From: Jiangellaceae bacterium
Lineage (GTDB): Bacteria; Actinomycetota; Actinomycetes; Jiangellales; Jiangellaceae
DNA length: 42,398 nucleotides
Direction of reading: 5' to 3'
NCBI GenBank assembly: GCA_014534205.1
Contig: JACVRX010000001.1
Span: 1 to 42,398 of the forward strand
The notes below the pieces were generated by a model. It ran no database searches and had not been told where the DNA came from. It was given only the letters and a program-made list of their open reading frames with translations. The position numbers and the translations under genes are program-made. How positions within the stretch are numbered: position 1 is the stretch's first letter; every line of letters begins with the position of its first letter. Shown piece by piece: positions 1 through 7,511 of the stretch.

Positions 1-3000
1 CGCGGCGCTCACCCGGCCCAGATCCACGCCGTAGAGCTGGCCGAAGGCGAGCCGGTAAGCGGCGAGTTGCACATCGCCGCTGGCGGCTTGGGCTTGGCTG
101 CGTGGCGGTGCGCCGGTCTTCCAGTCGAGGACATCGATGCCGCCGTCGCCGGTCCCGAACACGGCGTCGGCCCGCCCGCGAATCAGCACGCCGCCGACGA
201 GCAGCTCGAACGGTGCCTCGACCTCCAGCGGCGTCCGGTCAGCCCACACCGAGCCGAGGAAGGCGGCTTGCAGCGCCGCAAGCTCCCGGTCCGGCGCGGC
301 GCCGGCGTCGGCCCAGCCGGGGAGCTCGTCGATGTCGAGCAGCCGCGGCGACTTCCAGCGTGACTCCAGCCAGGCGTGGAACAGCGTGCCACGGCGCGCG
401 AGCGGAGCCGGCCGGCCTGGTATCGGCCGTCGGATCGCCCGGGCCAGTCCGTCCGGATCGTCGTGGAGCAGCACCAACCGAGAAACCGAGAGTTCTCCTG
501 GTAGTGGCACGTCCACCCGACGGTCGACCGACGCACGCTCGCGCTCGGCAAGCAGCCGCTCGATCTCGACGTCCCATTCGGCAGCGGCGGCCGCGACCTC
601 GACGTCGGCACCCGGATCGGCCCGGTCGGCGCCGGACATCGCGGTTCGCACCAGCGCGGCTCCCGCTTCGAGTAGCGGCCGCCGCGCGCCCAGCGGGTCG
701 TACGGCCAGCCGTACTCGGCCCGCGTCCCGTCGATCGGGTTCGTGTCACCCGGCTCTTCGACCCAACAGCCGATACGTCCGGCACCGGCCACGCACACCG
801 CCCGCACATCGACCAGGAACTGCGACGGCGACCGCGGCCGTCCGCCTTCGCCCCATCGGTACCCGGTGCACACCAACAGCCGCCGGGCCCGCGTCGCCGC
901 GACATATGCCAGCCGGCGCTCCTCCAACCGCTCGGCGTCGCCGCATTCGTGGGCGAACCGCCGGACCGCGTCACGCAGGCCGCGCTGGTCGCGTACTTCG
1001 TCGATGTCCAGCCGCGGCAGCGCGGACGCGTCGCCGCGCAACGGGTACGGAAGCTCACCGGGCTTGGCCAGCCACGCCTTGTCGTGCGGATGCCCGGCCG
1101 GGAAGACGCCGTCGACCAGCCCGGCGACGAACACCGCGTCCCACTCCAGGCCCTTGGCGCCGTGTACGGTGAGCACTTGCACCTGGTCGCCGACGACGTC
1201 GACCTCGCCCGGGCGCAGCCCCCGCTCCGCGCTCTCGGCGGCGTCCAGGTAGCCGAGGAACGCGGACAGCGTCGGGTTCTCGCCGGCTGCCGCGAACTCC
1301 GCCGCGACGTCCGTGAACCGGTCCAGGTTCGCCCGGCCGGATGGGCCGCGCCGAGCGGCGACCTCCACGTCGACTCCCAGCGCACGGACGACCTCGTGCA
1401 CGAGGTCGGGCAGCGGCTGGCCGGTGTGCCGGCGCAGCGCACGCAACTCCGCCGCCAGCTCCGTCAGCCGGCGTTCGCCCTCGTCGGAAAACCATCCGGC
1501 TGCCGGCATGGAGTCCAGGGCGTCGACGATGCTTCGGCGGTCCACGTCTCCGGGAGCGCCGTCGCCGGTCTCGGCGCCGCTGGCGAGCCGCCGCGCCCAG
1601 CACGCGAGCGCCATCAGGTCGCGCGGGCCGATCCGCCAGCGCGGGCCGGTCAGCAACCGCACCAGCGCGTCGCCGCGGTCCGGATCGGACAGGACGCGCA
1701 GCGTCGCGACGACGTCGCCCACCTCGGGGGTCGTCAACAACCCACCGATGCCGACGACCTGCACTGGCAGCTCGACAGCGCGTAGCGCGGCCTCGATGCG
1801 CGGGATCTGGCTCCGCGCGCGGACCAGCACGGCGGCGGTGCGGCCCGGCGCGGTCGCGTCCCAGAAGGCGCGGGCCCGCCGGGCGACGTCGGCCGCCTCG
1901 TCGTGTGCGGTCAGGTGCAGTGACACGACGACCTCACCGGCCGGGTTGCGAGGGAACGCGGAGAGCACCGGCACGTCGAAGCCCGAGGTGCGCAGCGGCT
2001 CGGCCAGCCGGTTCGCCACCTGCAGGATCCGGGCGCCGTTGCGGAAGCTGGTCGTCAACGTGGTCTGCGTCGCGGGGGCGGCCGCGCCGGAGCGAAACTG
2101 GTCCTGGAACGCGATGAGCGAGCCCGCGCTGGCACCCCGCCATCCGTAGATCGACTGGCACGGATCGCCGACCGCCGTCACCGGGTGCCCGTCACCGAAC
2201 AGTGAACGCAGCAGCACGAGCTGGGCCTGGCTGGTGTCCTGGTACTCGTCGAGCAGCACGACGCGGAACCGCTCCCGCTCGGCCTGGCCGACCTCCGGGA
2301 ACTGCTCCGCCAGCCGGGCGGCGAGCTCGGCCTGGTCGGCGAAGTCGACGGAATCGTTGGCACGCTTCAACGCGCGAAACGCCTCGACGAGTGCGACCAG
2401 CTGGCTGCGGGCGTCCTGGACGGCAAGTGCTTTCTCGACGTCTGCGTAGTAGCGGCGCCGCGATGCCCCGGCCGGCGAAAGCGCGTCGATCTCCTTGCGA
2501 AGATCGGCAGTGAACTCGCCGAGGCGTGACGGGACGACGAGGTGGCCGGCGAGCTCGGCATGCAGCTGGAGTACCTGGTCGGCGACGGTGCTCGGCGCGT
2601 GGAAGACGTGGTGCATCTCGCCGTCGTACGACTCGACCACGCGCGTGGCGTACTGCCAGCACACCGCTTCGGTGACGAGGCGGGCGCCCGGCTCGTGCCC
2701 GAGGCGCAGCGCGTGCTCGGCGACGATCCGCCCGGCGAACGCGTCGTAGGTCACGACCGTCGGCTCGCCGTCGAGCAGCGTCGGATCGTCGTGCCGGACT
2801 CCTCCGGCAGCAAGCTGTGCGAGCCGGCGGTGGATCCGTGCCGCCAGCTCGCGGGCGGCCTTGCGAGTGAACGTCAACCCGAGCACCTGTTCCGGCCGGA
2901 CCACGCCGTTGGCCACCAGCCAGACGATCCGGGCGGCCATCGTCTCGGTCTTGCCGGAGCCGGCACCCGCCACGATGATGCTCGGTGCCACGGGAGCTGC

Positions 3001-3075
3001 GATGGCCGCGGTCTGCTCGGATGTCGGCGGCGCCAGGCCGAGGTGGCGCGCCAGCTCGGCCGGGGTCAGCGTCAC
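1..3075 (-). CDS. adnB: AdnB-like helicase-nuclease subunit (UvrD/Rep SF1 helicase plus C-terminal RecB-type PD-(D/E)XK nuclease). The 3' end runs off the left edge of the window.
   Basis: Absent from the ORF track because no stop lies in the window. My own minus-strand translation from GTG 3075 reads VTLTPAELARHLGL...IIVAGAGSGKTETMAARIVWL (Walker A). It continues with VVLLDEYQDTSQAQ (motif II), GDPCQSIYGWRGA, TVHGAKGLEWD and YVAATRAR. The nuclease motif is GRADAVFG..IDVLDWKTG. The start overlaps the upstream subunit's stop as GTGA. Confidence 0.85.
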   Translation of the reverse strand, partial: MTLTPAELARHLGLAPPTSEQTAAIAAPVAPSIIVAGAGSGKTETMAARIVWLVANGVVRPEQVLGLTFTRKAARELAARIHRRLAQLAAGGVRHDDPTLLDGEPTVVTYDAFAGRIVAEHALRLGHEPGARLVTEAVCWQYATRVVESYDGEMHHVFHAPSTVADQVLQLHAELAGHLVVPSRLGEFTADLRKEIDALSPAGASRRRYYADVEKALAVQDARSQLVALVEAFRALKRANDSVDFADQAELAARLAEQFPEVGQAERERFRVVLLDEYQDTSQAQLVLLRSLFGDGHPVTAVGDPCQSIYGWRGASAGSLIAFQDQFRSGAAAPATQTTLTTSFRNGARILQVANRLAEPLRTSGFDVPVLSAFPRNPAGEVVVSLHLTAHDEAADVARRARAFWDATAPGRTAAVLVRARSQIPRIEAALRAVELPVQVVGIGGLLTTPEVGDVVATLRVLSDPDRGDALVRLLTGPRWRIGPRDLMALACWARRLASGAETGDGAPGDVDRRSIVDALDSMPAAGWFSDEGERRLTELAAELRALRRHTGQPLPDLVHEVVRALGVDVEVAARRGPSGRANLDRFTDVAAEFAAAGENPTLSAFLGYLDAAESAERGLRPGEVDVVGDQVQVLTVHGAKGLEWDAVFVAGLVDGVFPAGHPHDKAWLAKPGELPYPLRGDASALPRLDIDEVRDQRGLRDAVRRFAHECGDAERLEERRLAYVAATRARRLLVCTGYRWGEGGRPRSPSQFLVDVRAVCVAGAGRIGCWVEEPGDTNPIDGTRAEYGWPYDPLGARRPLLEAGAALVRTAMSGADRADPGADVEVAAAAAEWDVEIERLLAERERASVDRRVDVPLPGELSVSRLVLLHDDPDGLARAIRRPIPGRPAPLARRGTLFHAWLESRWKSPRLLDIDELPGWADAGAAPDRELAALQAAFLGSVWADRTPLEVEAPFELLVGGVLIRGRADAVFGTGDGGIDVLDWKTGAPPRSQAQAASGDVQLAAYRLAFGQLYGVDLGRVSAA

Positions 3076-6000
3076 GGCGTGACCTGCCCACCGTCCGGGT
3101 GCGCCGGACACGACGGTAACGCGGGGCAGACGTTGCACCACCGGCTGCGAATAGCGCGAAACGTCGAGCCCGCCATGCGGTCGGCGGTTCGCTGCAGGAG
3201 CTTCACCGCCCAACCTGGGTCCGCGGAGTCGCCGAGCGGGCGCTGCGTCTGCTCCTTGACGCCGGCCACGGCGGCACGCAGCTGGACGAGGCTCGCTCCG
3301 CCCGACCGTCGGGTGCCGCCGGTGACTGCGTCGAACCCGCCGTGCTCGACGGCCAGCTGGTATGCGGCGAGTTGCGGGTGCCCCGCCAACTCCTCCGGGC
3401 TGACGAGGCTGGTGCCGGTCTTGAAGTCGACGACTACGAGCCGGCCCTGCGCGTCGCGTTCCAGCCGGTCCACCTGCCCGGAGATGCCAACCCGGCCGAT
3501 CTGGACGTCGAACGGCTGCTCGACGGCGAGCACGGTGCGCGGGTTCTCCGCCAGCCAGCTACCCAGCCGCTGCACGATCGGCCGGGTGCGCGCGTACTCG
3601 CGGCGGCCGACCCAGCCGCTGCCGACGCCGAGTTCGGGCCAGCGCCGGTCGAGCTCGGCCAGCAGGTCGTCGGTGGACCAGCCGTTGCGTGCTGCGTTCT
3701 CGGCCAGGGAGTGCACCAACAAGCCGACGCCCGCGCTGGTCGTCTCGGTGCTGCTTGCGCCGCACTCGGTGAGCAACCAGCGCAGCTCGCACCGGTCGAA
3801 CTCGGCGACCCGCGACGGGGACACGTGGATCGGCTCGCCGTCGCTCGCGAGCGGAGCGTCGTCGGAGATGGGGCGCAGGCCGTACCACTGTTGCGGATCG
3901 GCGGACCGAACGCCGGCGGCGGCCAGCCTGGCGAGTTGGTGGGCCGCGCCCTGCCGACGTGGGTACGGCTGCGCCGGATCGCAGACGACCCGGCGCAGCT
4001 CTGCCACCACGGAGAGCAGGTCGAGGTTGCGCAGGGGCCGCTCGACCGGCCGGTCGGCCGCATTGCCGACGACCGGGTCGAGGTAGTCCAGGAAACGCGA
4101 CGGCTGGGCGTCCTCCGCGGCCACCGCGGTGACGATCAGCCTGCGGCGCGCCCGCGTCGCCGCCACGAAGAACAGCCGGCATTCGTCGGCGAGCCGCGCA
4201 CTGTGCCGGATCGCCGGCGGGTCATCGCACCCGGCGACGACGTCGAGCAGCGTCTCGATGCCGAGCAGACCACCGCGAGCGCGTAGGTCCGGCCAGCTCC
4301 CTTCCTGCACCGCGGCCACGACGACAAGGTCCCACTCCAGGCCTTTGGCGGCGTGTGCTGTCATCAACTGCACGGCCGTGCTCGGCTGCGCTCGAGGAGC
4401 CAGCGTGTCGGCCGGGATCTCCAACCCGCGCAGCTGATCGAGGAAGCCGGCTGGGTTCTCGCCCGGCAGGCGGTCGGTGAACCGGGCGGCGGCGTCGAAC
4501 AACGCGACCACCGCGTCCAGGTCCCGGTCAGCTGCGGCACCGGCCGGGCCGTCACGCAGCGCCGCCTGCGACCACCGGCTGGCCAGACCCGTCGCGTTCC
4601 ACGCCGACCACAGAACCTCCTCCGCCGTTGCGCCGGGCTTCTCGGCGGCGTCGCGAGCCGCCCGGAGGGCGTCGGCGAGCCGGGTCAGCGGGGCTGCTGC
4701 GTGTTCGCCTACCGGCGCGACGATCGCCGGCTGCTGGATGGCTGCCACCAGCAGTTCCGCCGACGTGCGGCTGCCGCCCGTCGCCACTTCCAGTTTGCGC
4801 AGCGCCTGGCGCAGGCGGCGCAGTGCCAGCGGGTCGGTACCGCCGAGCGGTCCACTGAGCAGGTCGACGGCGAGATCGGCGTCCAGCGGTCGCTGGCCGG
4901 TGGCAAGCGCGAGGACGTCGAGCAACGCCCGGACCGGTGGCTGGTGGACCAGCGGCACCTCCTCCAGCCGGACCGCGACCGGGACGCCCGCCGCGGTGAG
5001 CCCGCGCCGGAGCACCGGGAGAGCGACTGCCGATCGCACCAGCACGGCCATCGACTGCCACGGCACGCCGTCGACGAGGTGAGCCCGGCGCAGCCGGCCG
5101 GCGATGAACGCTGCCTCGGCGCTGGCGCTCGGCAGCAGATGCACCGCGACCTCGCCCGGTGGGCCGTCGTCGCTCGGGCGTAGCTCGCGGTGTCGCGGTG
5201 GCCCACCCAGCCTGGTAGCGATGCGGCGGGTCGCGGCGAGGACCGCTGACCCCAGGCGTCGCGACGTGCCGAGCGCGACGACGGGTGCCGGTTCGCTTGC
5301 CGCGGTGCGGAAGCGGTCCGGAAAGTCGCGCAGGCCCTCGGCTTCGGCGCCACGGAACGCGTAGATCGACTGGTCCGGGTCGCCCACCACGACGAGATCG
5401 CGCCCGCCGCCGGCGACCAACTGCAGCAGCTCCTGCTGGGCTGGGTCGGCGTCCTGGTACTCATCGACGAGCACGACAGCTCGGGTATCGCGCTCGTGGG
5501 CCAGCAGCCCGGCGTCGTGCCGGAGCGCGACGGCGGCGGCACGCACCAGCCCGGCCGGGTCGTAGGCGGGTGGGTGACGCAGCGCGGTTACCGCAGCGTA
5601 CTGCTGCGCGAACCGAGCGGCCGCGACCCAGTCGTCGCGGCCGTGTCGGCCGCCGAGCACGGCGAGTTGCCGCGGACTTACCCGCCGCTCGGTCATCCGC
5701 AGCACCAGGTCCCGCAGCTCGTGTGCGAAGCCGCGCGTCGGGAGCGCCGGGCGTAGCCGCTGTGGCCAGTCGCCCGCGCCGAACTCCTCGACCTCGCCTC
5801 GAAGCAGGTCGCGGATCAACAGATCCTGCTCGGCGGCGGTGATCAGCCGCGGCGGTGGATCGCCCCGGCTCTGCGCCTCCCGGCGCAGCAGCCCGAAGGC
5901 GTAGGAGTGGAACGTGCGTGCTGACGGCTCACGGACCGTACGGCGCAACCGGCGGGCGATGCGCTCGCGCAGCTCGGCGGCCGCCCGGCGACTGAACGTG

Positions 6001-6206
6001 AGCACCAGCGCGTCCTCGGGGTCGATCCCGTCGCGCTCGACCCGGTCGACGACCGACTCCACCAGGGTCGTCGTCTTGCCGGTGCCTGGTCCGGCCAGCA
6101 CGAGAAGCGGCCCGCCGCGGTGCTCGACGACCCGCCGCTGCTCTGAGTCGAGCACTGGAGCATCGACCTCGGCGCGCTCGGTTCGCACCAGCCGGAGGGC
6201 GGTCAC
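3072..6206 (-). CDS. adnA: AdnA-like helicase-nuclease subunit (UvrD/Rep SF1 helicase plus C-terminal RecB-type nuclease with a Cys4 motif)
   Basis: Same frame as ORF 3072..6950. I place the start at GTG 6206, with GAGGAGAA 5 nt upstream. Motifs: VLAGPGTGKTTTLVESV, VVLVDEYQDADPAQ, GDPDQSIYAFRGA, TAHAAKGLEWD, FFVAATRAR, nuclease VVVDFKTG, and C-terminal RWCNVCPALPSCP. Confidence 0.85.
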   Translation of the reverse strand: MTALRLVRTERAEVDAPVLDSEQRRVVEHRGGPLLVLAGPGTGKTTTLVESVVDRVERDGIDPEDALVLTFSRRAAAELRERIARRLRRTVREPSARTFHSYAFGLLRREAQSRGDPPPRLITAAEQDLLIRDLLRGEVEEFGAGDWPQRLRPALPTRGFAHELRDLVLRMTERRVSPRQLAVLGGRHGRDDWVAAARFAQQYAAVTALRHPPAYDPAGLVRAAAVALRHDAGLLAHERDTRAVVLVDEYQDADPAQQELLQLVAGGGRDLVVVGDPDQSIYAFRGAEAEGLRDFPDRFRTAASEPAPVVALGTSRRLGSAVLAATRRIATRLGGPPRHRELRPSDDGPPGEVAVHLLPSASAEAAFIAGRLRRAHLVDGVPWQSMAVLVRSAVALPVLRRGLTAAGVPVAVRLEEVPLVHQPPVRALLDVLALATGQRPLDADLAVDLLSGPLGGTDPLALRRLRQALRKLEVATGGSRTSAELLVAAIQQPAIVAPVGEHAAAPLTRLADALRAARDAAEKPGATAEEVLWSAWNATGLASRWSQAALRDGPAGAAADRDLDAVVALFDAAARFTDRLPGENPAGFLDQLRGLEIPADTLAPRAQPSTAVQLMTAHAAKGLEWDLVVVAAVQEGSWPDLRARGGLLGIETLLDVVAGCDDPPAIRHSARLADECRLFFVAATRARRRLIVTAVAAEDAQPSRFLDYLDPVVGNAADRPVERPLRNLDLLSVVAELRRVVCDPAQPYPRRQGAAHQLARLAAAGVRSADPQQWYGLRPISDDAPLASDGEPIHVSPSRVAEFDRCELRWLLTECGASSTETTSAGVGLLVHSLAENAARNGWSTDDLLAELDRRWPELGVGSGWVGRREYARTRPIVQRLGSWLAENPRTVLAVEQPFDVQIGRVGISGQVDRLERDAQGRLVVVDFKTGTSLVSPEELAGHPQLAAYQLAVEHGGFDAVTGGTRRSGGASLVQLRAAVAGVKEQTQRPLGDSADPGWAVKLLQRTADRMAGSTFRAIRSRWCNVCPALPSCPAHPDGGQVTP

Positions 6207-6344
6207 GGATTCTCCTCGCGTCGTCGGGACACCGCCATCCCAGCAGGCGGCACCGACAGCCCGCGCCTCCCGCAACTCCGCTCGCCAACTCCGCGTGGAA
6301 ATCCGGCAATTGGAACGTCGGATGCGGGGATATCTAGCGAAAGA

Positions 6345-6950
6345 TAAGCGCCTACGCAGCGCACCGACGTATACACCGGCAAGAACCAGCACGCCACCGA
6401 TCACCAAGCCGGCCGTTATGGGCTCGTCGTTCAGCCACACCGACAGCGCCACCGTCACAAACGGGATCAGCACGAATCCAACGCGGCCCGCCACGCTTAC
6501 CAGCGTTGGCCAGCGAACGAGCACGGCCGCCTCTGCGAAGCAACAGACACTGCGAGGGCCGCGACCATGGCCAACGCCGGAACTGGCTCGGCCAACGGTG
6601 CGCTTGTCATGACTGCCACGCCGCCGGCGGCCAGCAGACCGACCGCTACACCGCGGCCCGTAGCGGCTCCTGTCGTGGTGCGACGGCGAACAGCAACCTG
6701 GCCAGCGGGCAGGGGCGAGCAACGTTTGCCCGAAGAAGACAGCCATCAGCCCAGAAGCAACGCGGCAGCCGGCACGAATCAAAGCCCGCACCACAGACCG
6801 GTGCGAGTTCTCGGTTGCTGAACCGATGCAGACAGCGTTGCCGCCGATCAGCACTGCTCCGCCGAAAAACGCGGCAGGGCTACCGGGTCTCGGCGGGCGG
6901 CCGGTGTGCCGGCCTGCTGCCGACCATCGTCGGACGTACCTGAACATCAC
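6345..6950 (-). pseudogene. Decayed DMT/EamA-family transporter remnant (frameshifted, shortened, no stop of its own)
   Basis: The start (GTGATG) overlaps the TGA of the upstream ATL gene. The C-terminal part in frame 1 reads AEAAVLVRWPTLVSVAGRVGFVLIPFVTVALSVWLNDEPITAGLVIGGVLVLAGVYVGALRRR, a typical EamA repeat end. The preceding TM-like stretch GVAVGLLAAGGVAVMTSAPLAEPVPALAMVAALAVSVA is in another frame. Only about 200 codons remain, against about 300 expected. Third-position GC is visibly lower than in neighbouring genes. Confidence 0.45.
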
Positions 6951-7309
6951 CAGGCGGGCAGGCGGCGTGTTGTACCGGCAGGCGTGGTGGACTTGTCCTT
7001 CCCGACTGGGTGCACGGCGGCGCGGCGCATATCGACGCGGCTCGCGTCAGCGGTCAACGGGCAACCTTCGGCGGTCAGCTGGCGCAGCGCGGCCATCTCG
7101 TGACCGGGCGGCAGCCGACCGGCCGCTGTCACCACGCGCCACCACGAGACGGCCGCGCCGTAGCGGGCGAGTACCGCACCGACCATCCGCGGACCGCCAC
7201 GGCGCAGCGACGCCCCCACCGCCACGGCCACGTCGCCGTAGGACATCACTCGTCCGGCCGGTATCCGATCCACGACATCGAGCACGGTCTCGACGTACTC
7301 GTCGTCCAT
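6947..7309 (-). CDS. MGMT-family DNA-binding protein lacking the catalytic Cys (alkyltransferase-like, ATL)
   Basis: ORF 6947..7426, trimmed to ATG 7309 (MDDEYVETVLDVVDRIPAGRVMSYGDVA...). The upstream extension lies inside repeat copy A. The motif position reads AVSWWRVV where active methyltransferases have PCHRV. It is a single domain of 120 aa. Confidence 0.75.
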   Translation of the reverse strand: MDDEYVETVLDVVDRIPAGRVMSYGDVAVAVGASLRRGGPRMVGAVLARYGAAVSWWRVVTAAGRLPPGHEMAALRQLTAEGCPLTADASRVDMRRAAVHPVGKDKSTTPAGTTRRLPAW

Positions 7310-7369
7310 GCGGTCATGGTGCCAGCACCAGGAGCTACCGCACGGGGTGTGGGGAGCCGCTCGATCGCC

Positions 7370-7450
7370 CATCACCAGCCCTGCCGGTACCTCACCCGGC
7401 CTGCAGGCCTGGTGAGGTACCGGCAAGGGTGGCGTACGTGGTCATTCCAG
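7370..7450 (+). repeat. Palindromic intergenic repeat, copy A
   Basis: CCATCACCAGCCCTGCCGGTACCTCACCCGGCCTGCAGGCCTGGTGAGGTACCGGCAAGGGTGGCGTACGTGGTCATTCCAG. It lies between the divergent ATL gene and the 818-aa membrane protein gene. Confidence 0.9.
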
Positions 7451-7511
7451 AACCGCTGCCGCCACGCCGGGCCGGGGCGTACCGGGCATACCGTGCCCCC
7501 AGGCAGCGAGC

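Noticed and set aside
102-3091. Multiple overlapping track ORFs in the first 3 kb (e.g. 102..1172, 137..1252, 183..1442, 2192..3091)
   Set aside because: All are low-complexity Arg/Ser/Ala-rich frames. The real gene here (AdnB-like, minus strand) is missing from the track only because its stop lies outside the window.
1-6206. The UvrD-like helicase plus nuclease pair as a Gabija- or Hachiman-like defence module
   Set aside because: Both subunits have the helicase plus C-terminal RecB-nuclease architecture of AdnAB/AddAB-type break-resection enzymes and are translationally coupled. They also sit in the conserved ATL-moeZ neighbourhood. There is no OLD/TOPRIM ATPase partner.
6207-6950. N-terminal 248-codon extension of the AdnA ORF (track ORF 3072..6950, 1292 aa)
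   Set aside because: The helicase homology begins right after GTG 6206, which has a strong GAGGAGAA site. The upstream part is a frameshifted EamA remnant plus junk, not part of AdnA.
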